A stretch of 64,000 bases of DNA from an uncultured Candidatus Saccharibacteria bacterium (lineage in GTDB: Bacteria; Patescibacteriota; Minisyncoccia; UBA6257; UBA9933). Each line of letters opens with the position of its first letter. The first letter of the stretch is position 1. Shown piece after piece: positions 1 through 9,248 of the stretch. Below the pieces are notes generated by a model. The model searched no databases. It was not told the origin of the DNA and worked only from the letters and a program-made list of their open reading frames with translations. The stretch covers positions 65,238 through 129,237 of the forward strand of contig CAZXNT010000001.1 in assembly GCA_964642155.1 (NCBI GenBank), in the 5' to 3' direction. The position numbers were made by a program, and so were the translations under genes.

Positions 1-882
1 CGTTTTATCCGTATCAGTCTGCGTTAAGTCTGTATTGGTCTGTGCTTCAACAAGTGGCGTAATAAGCCCGACATCGTAATGCACCACCCGTTCTTCCGAT
101 TCCTTTTCCAAACTTTCCGGCTCCTCTTTATCGCCGTACCCCACTTCCCCGATTACAGGCGCGGATTCTTTTCTCACAGCCGCTTCTTTGCCGTTCAAAA
201 ATCCAAACAATTCTCCAAGCGACTTCTTTTTCGTTTCTCCCAGTACTGTTTGCAATCCTTCTTCTTCGTGCAAAACAACCGGTTTATCCGCCATAGCTTC
301 AGCGACGGCGGACCCTTTTAAACTTTCAAACTCTGAAACTTTATCAATATCTTCAAAACCTTTTTCTTCCGCTTTCGGAACAATTAATTTTTCTTCTTCG
401 CCAACACCGACAATCCTCATTGGTTCCACTTCCGCCGGCTGAGCATATCTTACTTCTTTAGTGATTTTCACTCCGCCGGTTTCACGGCGAATATCTGTCA
501 CAACACTTTCTTCAATTTCCGGCGCCTGCGTTTCTTCTTCGGGTTTTTCAGATTCCAACGGCAACGCGTATGCCTTGTCAATTTCGCTTCTAATAGGCGC
601 GAAAATTTTCCGGTCAATTTCTTTGACAATCAAATCAATAATTTCAGAATGAATGCCCGTCGCTTCTTTAATTTCTTTCGCCAAATCTTCGGGATGAATA
701 AAGCCCATAGCCACAAAACCAGTTAATCCGGAAATTTTATCGCTTTTTTCGCCCATTACATGATTTTTCTTGCAAATTTCCAAAATCATCTTAGCTGTAT
801 CAAAAGAACATAAAATTTCCAATAAACGCATTGGTAAAACATTCCACCTATTTTCAATTTGTTGCTCAGTAATTTGAAACAT
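1..882 (-). CDS. hypothetical acidic protein, N-terminal part only (gene continues past window start)
   Basis: ATG at 880-882 (minus strand), 14 bp downstream of the stop of 897..3137. My manual translation stays open to position 1 (MFQITEQQIENRWNVLPMRLLEIL..., Glu/Lys rich, no TM). It is absent from the ORF track because no stop falls in the window. Confidence 0.4.
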   Translation of the reverse strand, partial: MFQITEQQIENRWNVLPMRLLEILCSFDTAKMILEICKKNHVMGEKSDKISGLTGFVAMGFIHPEDLAKEIKEATGIHSEIIDLIVKEIDRKIFAPIRSEIDKAYALPLESEKPEEETQAPEIEESVVTDIRRETGGVKITKEVRYAQPAEVEPMRIVGVGEEEKLIVPKAEEKGFEDIDKVSEFESLKGSAVAEAMADKPVVLHEEEGLQTVLGETKKKSLGELFGFLNGKEAAVRKESAPVIGEVGYGDKEEPESLEKESEERVVHYDVGLITPLVEAQTNTDLTQTDTDKT

Positions 883-896
883 AAATTTTATTATTT

Positions 897-3137
897 TTAT
901 GGAGTGGGTGCGGTAGCCGCGGTAGCCATGGTTGAAGGCGCTCCTCCTTCAAATATTCTGAAATTTTTAAAAATAGTTTGGATGTCTTTTTTGTCGAGAT
1001 TGGGATTTGCGTTTTCAAAATCGGCTTGAAAATTATTTACTACTTTATAACCTCCCATATTGGGCAACATTGAAGAAATAATAGCAAAATTATGGCCGAG
1101 AGCGATGGAAATTTGTTTAGCTAATGATTTTTCATCGCTGTCCCTAATTCCCAAATTGCCATAAATTCTTTTAAGAGCTTTACCGATATCAGCGGCATCG
1201 GATTTTTTAAGCCCTCCATAAAATTTCTTCGCTGCGACTGCAAATTCTTTGCTATCTGTGCCATGTTCCTTACGTGCATTAACCATTTCATTTGATTCTC
1301 CTATTTTTTTCTCAACAGCATTAAAATCCATTTTACTTCTTGCATAAAGATTCTTTATTGAATCAGGTATAAGATTATTTTTCAGCCAATTATGTTTTGC
1401 TAGGTCGTCGTCCCTTATATCTTCATATTTACCAGTTCCCCTTTCTCCTACTTTAGTTTGAATTTTCCTTCCTGTTGGAACTTTTATTTTATTTCCTTTA
1501 TCATCAGTCAAATTCGATTCTCGCATCTCATCAGTCTCTTCCATTATAGGCTCCATTATTTCTTCTCTTCTTATTCCTCCAGGAATATTTACTTTGGGAA
1601 GATTATTTAATATATGCTCGCTTAATGCCACCTTCCGCCCGCCAGGCATCAACATACTATCACTTGATAATTGAGCCATTGTTTGAGCCATTGTTAATTT
1701 TGACACTTCACTCTTATATCTTTCAGGTTCTCTTTCAGCAGGAGCGGATAAATTTGCCAGAGTACGAGCTTTAAGTCCATAATAATATCTTCCGAGCATG
1801 CTCCTGGATTTATCAGAGGCCTTTTCAGACGCTTCTATTGATTTATCTCCCCACTTCGCCGCGCCTGCTAATCGACTATATCCACCACGAAGACCACCCA
1901 ATGTTTTCCTCCCCGCCCACGCGCCGGCGCCTTTGCCGGCTTTTTGCGCCAGATTCATTGCTATATTCGCTCCGACAATACCCATTAAATTTGCCACATA
2001 AAGTCCGCCCAACATAAAACCAATTAAAATTAACATACTGCCAACATTTTCTAAAAATCCTTGCTGTCTAAATGTTCCACTCAAAACTTTTTGGACGTCC
2101 GCTTCTTTGAGTATTGGCATAAACTCAATTGATTTAATTGATAAATACATAAAAAAAGACATTACTGGCATAAAAAAAGTCCATCGCAAAAAATTATCCC
2201 ACCACTTCTTCCATAAATGTTGCGTTGACGGTAAAATCCAACACAACCAAGCTAAAGGCGACAAAACCAAAATAAATCCCAATGCCACATATCTTATTAA
2301 AAGCATTACAAAAGTTGCGAGTAAGGTAAGAACTCCTAAAAAGCTGAAAATTACGGAAAAAAATAGACTAGCAATCATAGTTAAAAATTCTGTGCTTAAG
2401 TTATCAAAACCCCCTTTTTCTTTTGCTGCTGTAAGTGCTGTATTCAAGTCACATTTACATGTAAATTCCGCTAAAATTCCAGCTCGCCAAGTACTAGCTC
2501 TTTTTGTTGTACCTTCTTCTGCTCTTAAACATGCCCCATTTGTCGAATCTACAAAATTCTCTTCTATCCAATTACAATTTTCATCGCCAACATTCATCAA
2601 CCGTTGATTATTAAAAACTGACCCTAAAGTATCGGCTGCTGTTCGTGGACCTAATTTACTCGCGTCTTGAAAATATTTTGCCGTGATATCAGACACACTA
2701 ATAAACGCACCGGCAATCACCAAGCTAAAATTCACTAAAAGCGCGGTGACAATCAATTTCCAAAGAGTTTGTTTTATGGCGTAATTTTCCAAGCGAAAAA
2801 TTGTGGCAAAAGCGATAATAATAATCGCCAAAACAAAACCGAGATTAGCAAAATTTAAAACTATATCCCAACCAACTCTAACTGCTTGGTTATTTAAAAT
2901 CCCTTCGTTAAAACCTATCGCCCATTGCACTAAATATGCGCTGAGGGCAAAAAATACTCCTCCAATAAAACCGATTATATAATTTAAAATATATGTCGTG
3001 AATCCGATTGCGCCGCTTAAAATATAATCCATACCATCTGCATGCGCTTCTTCCGGAACAAGCACAACAATAATCGCAACTATTGCAATTAACACCGTCA
3101 ACCCTATTTTTTTATTTTTTAAAAAATAAAAAGTCAT
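897..3137 (-). CDS. polytopic membrane protein with VirB6/TrbL-like topology and a ~330-aa hydrophilic C-terminal extension
   Basis: Signal peptide followed by at least six hydrophobic helices, a Cys-containing loop of about 130 aa, and a long charged tail. It overlaps the upstream gene by 4 bp, indicating an operon. The family assignment rests on topology only. Confidence 0.35.
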   Translation of the reverse strand: MTFYFLKNKKIGLTVLIAIVAIIVVLVPEEAHADGMDYILSGAIGFTTYILNYIIGFIGGVFFALSAYLVQWAIGFNEGILNNQAVRVGWDIVLNFANLGFVLAIIIIAFATIFRLENYAIKQTLWKLIVTALLVNFSLVIAGAFISVSDITAKYFQDASKLGPRTAADTLGSVFNNQRLMNVGDENCNWIEENFVDSTNGACLRAEEGTTKRASTWRAGILAEFTCKCDLNTALTAAKEKGGFDNLSTEFLTMIASLFFSVIFSFLGVLTLLATFVMLLIRYVALGFILVLSPLAWLCWILPSTQHLWKKWWDNFLRWTFFMPVMSFFMYLSIKSIEFMPILKEADVQKVLSGTFRQQGFLENVGSMLILIGFMLGGLYVANLMGIVGANIAMNLAQKAGKGAGAWAGRKTLGGLRGGYSRLAGAAKWGDKSIEASEKASDKSRSMLGRYYYGLKARTLANLSAPAEREPERYKSEVSKLTMAQTMAQLSSDSMLMPGGRKVALSEHILNNLPKVNIPGGIRREEIMEPIMEETDEMRESNLTDDKGNKIKVPTGRKIQTKVGERGTGKYEDIRDDDLAKHNWLKNNLIPDSIKNLYARSKMDFNAVEKKIGESNEMVNARKEHGTDSKEFAVAAKKFYGGLKKSDAADIGKALKRIYGNLGIRDSDEKSLAKQISIALGHNFAIISSMLPNMGGYKVVNNFQADFENANPNLDKKDIQTIFKNFRIFEGGAPSTMATAATAPTP

Positions 3138-5047
3138 TGCAATATTATGTTATCGCTGAATGTGTTTGAATAAGCGTTTGCCGCGTTGCGGAACCTCACA
3201 TAAACCGTTTTTAATCCGGCTCCGGCCGTTAAGGTCCAATTTCTCGTCGTTGAATAAGCTTCCCAAAAAGAGTTAAAGAAAACTATATCATTGGAAATCA
3301 TCATTTCCGTAACATTAACTATCCCGGAAGTGCTGGAAGCGGCGTTTAATCTTAATACTATATTGACATCCGTGGTTGTGTCCGCTCCGTCATTTATCGC
3401 AATCGGAGCGCTGCAAACCGCCAATCTTGCTGAAACAGCGCTGTTTTGAGCAATCGCGGCATCTAATCTGGCTTGCGCGTCTCTTATCGGGTCGTAAGTT
3501 GGATTAGTAATTTGTCTATTGGTCATATTCTGATTGCTTCTATTTATAAACTCGTTATAACGTTCTAAAATTACCGACCATGCCGCCGTGTCTGACGGGC
3601 TAGTCGCTCTAATGTCATTAATCAGCTGGTCGGCTTCCGATTGAGCGTCGCCTTGAGCCAAAAGATTGTCCACTTCGCTTTGAGCTGTTGCGATTTCATT
3701 CGCGCCGACTGAACATCCGCGAGATTGCATATCTTGAAACATCGCGAGTGTTGAACTTGCGTAAACTAATGTTTCTTGAGTTATGGATGACGTATCAACG
3801 CCTATGCCATTAGCCGCCGCCCTTCTAACTTCACCAATCATCATTTCTTTATCTTGCCCCTGCTCGCTCGCCCTCATATCGGCATATTCTTCGGGATAAT
3901 AATCCGGTTCCGCGTCCTTGTCCGATTCTTTCATTTCAGATAAACCTTTTTCCAATAACCGGTTAATCACTGCGTTAACCAAAGCCGAAACCCAAGAGCT
4001 GATATTGGCGGCCCATGCCGAATCGGTTGTAATGGCGCTGCCAACCGCGTCGCCAACAAGAGCGCCGGGCGTGGTTGTTTCCATATTCTTCGGGTCGCAA
4101 TACGCTCCGGTTGTGTCTTGTTTATAACCTTTATCACCCATCTCTTTATCAAATTGACCCCTTTTTTCTACACCCTTATCACTTTGCTCCCAATCTTTCA
4201 CGCATTTATTATAATCATCCTGCTTTTTTTTCACCGTTGCCTCATCATCAGTTCCCTTAAAAATTGGACTAGCGCACGCAGAATCAGAGTTTGCAGTAGC
4301 ATCCCAAGTAGTTCCCCCTCCTCCAGGTTGAACCTTGCCTTTATAATCCTTAGAAAATTCTGCCTCTTCTGCCGTCTTTTTACACCTTTCCACTCCTAAA
4401 AATCCTTTGCCTGACAACGCTTTTTGGCCGGCGACTTGAACTGCTTTGGCTTGTTTAAGCATTTTTTCGTCTTGTATCATCAGTGCCGCGCCGAAAAAAT
4501 TATTTTGCGGCTCCCAACTCGCCAAATATCCCTCCCAACCACCGACTGAAAAATCAACATAAAAATCCTTAATGTTTTTCACGGCTTTATCCAAGGTGCA
4601 AGAAACTCTCTGGCTGAATTTCGGCACCGGCAAAAACGCCAATTTCAATTGCAAACCGAACGGCGAACAAAGGTCCGCCAAAAGAAGGTCTCTTGATATG
4701 GATTCAAAAGCAATATCGCCGGCGTCTTTCAAAAATCCGTCCCAATCGGTTATAAATTTCGGGTCGCCGCCGCCCTGAACCCATTTGACGGTTTGGTCAA
4801 CGATATAATCTATAATGCGTTTAGCAACGATATCGCGCATCACTTCTTTCCAATTTGTTTTTATCCATTCAAATATACTTCTCCCTAACTTTCCAGCAAG
4901 TATTAGGAAATCAGTAACTATGTTTGAAAATGCCGCTTCCGCCTTATTAGGAGTCAATTTAAAAAATCCGGTTCTTAAAAATCCCGGGGAATTAAAAACC
5001 AGCAGAAAAATAATTAGAAAAATTATTGTTTTAGAAAAAAAGTTCAT
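3134..5047 (-). CDS. large secreted hypothetical protein (637 aa)
   Basis: N-terminal signal peptide MNFFSKTIIFLIIFLLVFNS. Cys-rich, Asp/Lys-rich middle region. Translationally coupled to its neighbours (ATGA overlaps at both ends). Confidence 0.5.
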   Translation of the reverse strand: MNFFSKTIIFLIIFLLVFNSPGFLRTGFFKLTPNKAEAAFSNIVTDFLILAGKLGRSIFEWIKTNWKEVMRDIVAKRIIDYIVDQTVKWVQGGGDPKFITDWDGFLKDAGDIAFESISRDLLLADLCSPFGLQLKLAFLPVPKFSQRVSCTLDKAVKNIKDFYVDFSVGGWEGYLASWEPQNNFFGAALMIQDEKMLKQAKAVQVAGQKALSGKGFLGVERCKKTAEEAEFSKDYKGKVQPGGGGTTWDATANSDSACASPIFKGTDDEATVKKKQDDYNKCVKDWEQSDKGVEKRGQFDKEMGDKGYKQDTTGAYCDPKNMETTTPGALVGDAVGSAITTDSAWAANISSWVSALVNAVINRLLEKGLSEMKESDKDAEPDYYPEEYADMRASEQGQDKEMMIGEVRRAAANGIGVDTSSITQETLVYASSTLAMFQDMQSRGCSVGANEIATAQSEVDNLLAQGDAQSEADQLINDIRATSPSDTAAWSVILERYNEFINRSNQNMTNRQITNPTYDPIRDAQARLDAAIAQNSAVSARLAVCSAPIAINDGADTTTDVNIVLRLNAASSTSGIVNVTEMMISNDIVFFNSFWEAYSTTRNWTLTAGAGLKTVYVRFRNAANAYSNTFSDNIILQ

Positions 5048-5883
5048 TTGATTTCCAACGCTTTTTCTTTATATTCTTGTTGAATTTTAAATTCCTCGTC
5101 AACCATATCAGGAATCATCTGCACTAATAAATCCGCTCTTATCGGGTCTTGCTTAAAAACCGTTATTCCCCGATATAAATTTTCAAATTTTTTAAACAGA
5201 ACCAAATATCTTTTATGAAGAGCAAGCCAATCAGAAGGAACCTCCGTATTTAAAAACCCGTTGAACATATTTTGATAAGTGTCGGCAAGATTATTGGCTT
5301 TGGAAATATCTCCGACAATCAAACTCTCTAAAACTTTAATCGGATTTTTATAAAGATTGTTTGAATTATTATAAATTATATTGATGGTCGCTTCAAGATA
5401 AATCATCTTCTTTTGGGAAGAATTATCGGAAGAAATTTTTAAATCTTTGTCGCTAATGGAATAATTTTCCAACAAAAGCGACGGGTCGCTGATTTTGGCG
5501 AGCGTTTGCTTAATCAACTCCTGTCCTTCCTGGCTTTGCGGGTCAAAACCGCTTGAAGGGTCAATACCCCTTTGGTCTAAATCTTTCATTTGCGTAAACA
5601 TTGATTGAGCGACAAATTCCGTTAAATTAATCTGATCGGCAACTTGGCTATTATTTAAATTTTCCGCCTGCCTGCTGGTAGGTATGGCCTTAATTTTTTG
5701 AAAATTATCTTTCACCCATTGAAGCGGATTCTTGCCGACCAAATCAACAAAATTTCCGGAAAAACCGTCCTTTGATTTCGCGCCGTCCGGTTTAATTCCG
5801 GCGCCGGATTTAACAATAAAATACGCTCCGACCAAACCGGCAATAATGATAAAAACCGCTTTTGCGGAAATAAATTTTTTCAT
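5044..5883 (-). CDS. membrane-anchored hypothetical protein, first gene of the operon
   Basis: Likely start is MKKFISAKAVFIIIAGLVGAYF (signal-anchor) at 5883. The ORF-track extension to 6189 has no start-like context and would overlap the plus-strand gene. Confidence 0.45.
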   Translation of the reverse strand: MKKFISAKAVFIIIAGLVGAYFIVKSGAGIKPDGAKSKDGFSGNFVDLVGKNPLQWVKDNFQKIKAIPTSRQAENLNNSQVADQINLTEFVAQSMFTQMKDLDQRGIDPSSGFDPQSQEGQELIKQTLAKISDPSLLLENYSISDKDLKISSDNSSQKKMIYLEATINIIYNNSNNLYKNPIKVLESLIVGDISKANNLADTYQNMFNGFLNTEVPSDWLALHKRYLVLFKKFENLYRGITVFKQDPIRADLLVQMIPDMVDEEFKIQQEYKEKALEIK

Positions 5884-5995
5884 TTTTATAACATAATAAT
5901 AATATAAAAAGCTATTTAAAGCAATGAAAAAAAGTGTTAAATATTGGATTGACATTGAATTGGACGCTGATATAATTTTATAAACATTCACAAAC

Positions 5996-7477
5996 ATGCC
6001 ATTAATAATAAAAATTTTAATCCCAGGTATAATTATAGCGGTGATAGCCGCCGGTGGCGTAATAGTTTGGAAAATGTCGTCGCAACCGACTCCGGATTTG
6101 ACGGCCGTGGCGGTTCTTAAAGCGAACGATATTGACAATTCAATCGCCGTCCCTTTTGCAACGCCCGTGGTTCTAAGTTGGGAATCCAAGAATGTCGGCG
6201 ACTGCCTTATTTCCGGCGATTGGTATAGTCCGGTTTCAAATTCCGGCTTTCAATCTGTCGGCGAAATTAAAAAATCAACAAATTATGTTTTGGTCTGCGT
6301 TGACAACGAAGGCAAGGATGTTTCCGATTCAATTGCCGTTAATATTGACGAGAAAACAATTCCTCAAAACGTTTTACTCACGGATTTGTTTAAAGATTTC
6401 CGATATCTCTGGAAAAAAGAACTTTGCTTGGGATTAACAAACGACCCCGATGTCGTGGCTTTGCAAACCGCCTTATTTTTTGAAGGCATACTTTCTCCTC
6501 AGGAAAAAATCACCGGAAATTACGATAACGACACCTTTTTGGCCGTTAAAAAATTCCAGGAAAATTACGGCATTGTTCCGCAAACCGGCTGTGTCGGTCC
6601 TCAAACAATAGCGAAATTGAACGCGCTTTTTTATTATTATAATTACAGCGACCAGTCCGCCTTCCAAGAATTGAGTCAAAAACAAATAACAACAACTCAA
6701 CAAAAAATATCTTTATATCAACAAACAAAAAGCGCGCCGGCAACGGTTCCCGCAACTCCCATTGTTCCCGCCCCCACTCTAACTCCCACCTCAACTCAAA
6801 TTCGTCCGCCGATAACCGCCCCGACGACTCCAACAATAACTACCCCCACTGCAAGACCTATTGTTGACCTGAAAGTTAATGGTTTAAGTCGCAGCACAAC
6901 CAGCGTCAAAAAAGGAGAAACTGTTACCCTTACTTGGACGTCAAAAAACGTGAAATCTTGCGTTGCTTCCGGAAGTTGGACGGGAACAAAACTGATTTCA
7001 AACACAACCGGAGAAAAAACAGAACCCATTAATAAATATTCCACTTTTAAATTAACTTGCGAAGGAGAAAATAACCAAAACGCCGCTGATTCGGTTTATG
7101 TGAGCATACCTTATGTTTATACCCCATCAACAACTGAAACTGAAAAAGCTCCTGTTATTGATAAAATAGAACCATATGCGGTTGTTCTTAATCCCGTTTC
7201 TCAATTATATGATGGAACAATAAAGATTATAGGGTCTGGATTTTCTCCTGGCTCAATAATTCATTTTGCAGGAAGAGATATAACTCCTGGCCAAGGTTCA
7301 ACAGAAAACACTTTAAAATTTAGCTTACCATTTTTTCTCCAACATGGGGAAATTGCCAACCCTAAATGTCCTTTAAATTATCAGTATCATGAAATAACAG
7401 TTGAAGAAGGTGGACTTATGGGTGAAGATGGACTCATTAGTAATAAAGAAACTTTTTGTATTTATTTTGGTAATTAA
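5996..7477 (+). CDS. cell-envelope protein: N-terminal TM, PG_binding_1-like peptidoglycan-binding domain, Pro/Thr linker, two Ig-like Cys-pair domains
   Basis: The motif LAVKKFQENYGIVPQTGCVGPQTIAKL matches the peptidoglycan-binding domain signature. PT-rich linker PATVPATPIVPAPTLTPTSTQIRPPITAPTTPTITTPT. Repeated modules of the form TWTSKNVKSC...TFKLTC. Confidence 0.6.
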   Translation: MPLIIKILIPGIIIAVIAAGGVIVWKMSSQPTPDLTAVAVLKANDIDNSIAVPFATPVVLSWESKNVGDCLISGDWYSPVSNSGFQSVGEIKKSTNYVLVCVDNEGKDVSDSIAVNIDEKTIPQNVLLTDLFKDFRYLWKKELCLGLTNDPDVVALQTALFFEGILSPQEKITGNYDNDTFLAVKKFQENYGIVPQTGCVGPQTIAKLNALFYYYNYSDQSAFQELSQKQITTTQQKISLYQQTKSAPATVPATPIVPAPTLTPTSTQIRPPITAPTTPTITTPTARPIVDLKVNGLSRSTTSVKKGETVTLTWTSKNVKSCVASGSWTGTKLISNTTGEKTEPINKYSTFKLTCEGENNQNAADSVYVSIPYVYTPSTTETEKAPVIDKIEPYAVVLNPVSQLYDGTIKIIGSGFSPGSIIHFAGRDITPGQGSTENTLKFSLPFFLQHGEIANPKCPLNYQYHEITVEEGGLMGEDGLISNKETFCIYFGN

Positions 7478-7478
7478 T

Positions 7479-8480
7479 TCAGCTATTAGATAAAGCGATG
7501 ATTCGCTCAACGCTCAAATTCTGCGGCCTCGCATTCGGCTCAACACCGATTAATTTTAATTTTTCAATAATTTCTTCTTTGATTTTTGTCTTATTTATAA
7601 TTTGTGGTTCATTTTTATTACATTGTGCCTGCGATAGCAGATCTAATGTAATATTATTTTTATTTACTTTATCTCCCGCTATCCTATCGGATAGCGTGCT
7701 ATCCGATAGGATAGCTGTATTTTTGCCCGCAATTTCTGACATTAAATTATTTACAATCGTCTTCCTCGGCTGTTTAAAAAGAATTTTGATAAATTTATAA
7801 TATTTCTCATTATTACATTTCAACCGCGATAGCAGTTGAAATGTAACCGGCGTTAATTTAATAATCGCGCTATCCACTTTCGGCGCCGGTTTAAAATCAT
7901 TACGCGACACATAACCGATAATTTTCGGCTCAGCCCAAATCTGAACGCTAGCTGCCAATAAATTAATTTGCGGCGACTTGGCGCAAACGCGCTCCGCCAC
8001 TTCTTTTTGAATTAATAAAACAATTAATTCCGGCTTGCCTGCCCCGCTGTGCCCCGTAGTGAGTTTTGCTCTACTACTGGTGTAAGAAGCTTGCTTTTCT
8101 TCAGAGTACTCCAACCCGCCCAAAATCCTGAATAAATAACCAGTTATGTAATAGGGGATATTACCAACGATTTTATAATTCTTAATTCTGAATTCTGAAT
8201 TCTGAATTAAACGCGGAAGCACTTTCAATGCGTCACCTTCAATAATTTCTATATTTTTATCTCCCTTAAATTTTTCTTTAAAATCTTCGGCTAATTTCTT
8301 ATCTTTCTCAATCGCAATAATTCTACATTCTGAATTCTGCATTCTTAATTCTTTAGTAAGTTCCCCATGCCCGGGCCCAATTTCAATCACAACATCGCCG
8401 TCTTTCAATTCCAACGCTTCAACAATTTTCCGCAATTTCTCCTTATTTTTCAAAAAATACTGTCCAAGATAATTTCCCAT
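7479..8480 (-). CDS. ksgA: 16S rRNA (adenine1518/1519-N6)-dimethyltransferase KsgA/RsmA, carrying several in-frame repeat insertions
   Basis: Conserved motifs GQYFL, VVIEIGPGHGELT and GNIPYYIT. At 333 aa it is longer than typical KsgA. The extra segments correspond exactly to DNA repeats (two 34-bp palindromes, two GAATTCT tracts, one ATCCTATCGGATAGC palindrome). Confidence 0.85.
   Translation of the reverse strand: MGNYLGQYFLKNKEKLRKIVEALELKDGDVVIEIGPGHGELTKELRMQNSECRIIAIEKDKKLAEDFKEKFKGDKNIEIIEGDALKVLPRLIQNSEFRIKNYKIVGNIPYYITGYLFRILGGLEYSEEKQASYTSSRAKLTTGHSGAGKPELIVLLIQKEVAERVCAKSPQINLLAASVQIWAEPKIIGYVSRNDFKPAPKVDSAIIKLTPVTFQLLSRLKCNNEKYYKFIKILFKQPRKTIVNNLMSEIAGKNTAILSDSTLSDRIAGDKVNKNNITLDLLSQAQCNKNEPQIINKTKIKEEIIEKLKLIGVEPNARPQNLSVERIIALSNS
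7813..7846. repeat. 34-bp palindromic repeat TTACATTTCAAC-CGCGATAGCAG-TTGAAATGTAA. Family copies also at 7618-7651, 8515-8548, 9206-9239, 16057-16090 and 44096-44129.
   Basis: Read directly. Conserved core CTGCGATAGCAG flanked by TTACATT/AATGTAA arms. Three copies lie in-frame inside ksgA and the Mur ligase gene, three are intergenic. Confidence 0.85.
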
Positions 8481-8581
8481 TAATATCTATCATATCTATA
8501 AATATTTCATCAAATTACATTTCAACCGCGATAGCAGTTGAAATGTAATTTAAATTTATAATTTATATTATATAATTTGAT

Positions 8582-9193
8582 TTAATTAAATTCAGAAAAA
8601 ATTTTTTCGTCATCTATTTCGCCAACAGTTATAATTCTAATATGATTTTTTAATTTTTTATTAATAATTTCTTTATATAATTCTTTTGATAACGGCCATT
8701 TGCCGATAAAAACGCTTTTTTGAAACGGCCGATATCCCAACCCAAATAATTTGAATCGCAACCATTCTCTTTCTTTTTTTATTTTTTCCGGAATATCAAA
8801 CATTACAATTCTCCATTTTCCATCCCATTCTTTTTTTTTATTATTTTGTTGAATTTTTTTAAAATATTTTAATCCCAATAAAGTCAATTTATATTGTTCA
8901 TCATTTTTTTCAATTAATCCTTTTTGTTGTAAACGATATAAAATAACTTTTGCGTTATTCTTTTTTAAATTTTTAAGAAATTCTTTAATCTCAATATAAT
9001 CGGAAATAAAATCTCTACTATTCCTCATCCCAAAATCAAAAGCTCCGCCCACTCCCATTCTATTACTCATTAATATTCCTTCTCCTGTTTTAATAATTCC
9101 TTGCCCAATTCCAAAAATAACTGCCAAACTTGCCGCTCCTAAACTATATGGTAAATCTTTAAATTGTTCTTTAATTCTTTTTCCTCCTTTCAT
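8582..9193 (-). CDS. PaaX-like winged-helix regulator (Cas2/VapD-fold C-terminal domain)
   Basis: C-terminal motif WDGKWRIVMFDIPEKIKKEREWLRFKLFGLGYRPFQKSVFIGKWP resembles the PaaX signature. N-terminal wHTH ILYRLQQKGLIEK. Bracketed on both sides by copies of the 34-bp palindrome. Confidence 0.4.
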   Translation of the reverse strand: MKGGKRIKEQFKDLPYSLGAASLAVIFGIGQGIIKTGEGILMSNRMGVGGAFDFGMRNSRDFISDYIEIKEFLKNLKKNNAKVILYRLQQKGLIEKNDEQYKLTLLGLKYFKKIQQNNKKKEWDGKWRIVMFDIPEKIKKEREWLRFKLFGLGYRPFQKSVFIGKWPLSKELYKEIINKKLKNHIRIITVGEIDDEKIFSEFN

Positions 9194-9248
9194 CTTTCTA
9201 TTTTATTACATTTCAACCGCGATAGCAATTGAAATGTAACCAAGTAAA

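Noticed and set aside
5884-6189. ORF-track extension of the 5044..6189 gene across the start of the plus-strand PG-binding protein gene
   Set aside because: An internal Met followed by a textbook signal-anchor, MKKFISAKAVFIIIAGLVG, at 5883 gives a non-overlapping gene. The extended N-terminus is low-complexity (YYYYVIK).
7618-9239. Possible CRISPR array formed by the 34-bp palindromic repeats near ksgA
   Set aside because: Copies are irregularly spaced, about 160, 670 and 660 bp apart, and lie inside or around ordinary genes. They are perfect palindromes with no spacer-like unique inserts of uniform length, and no cas genes are nearby. The PaaX-like gene between them has a Cas2-like fold but a PaaX signature.
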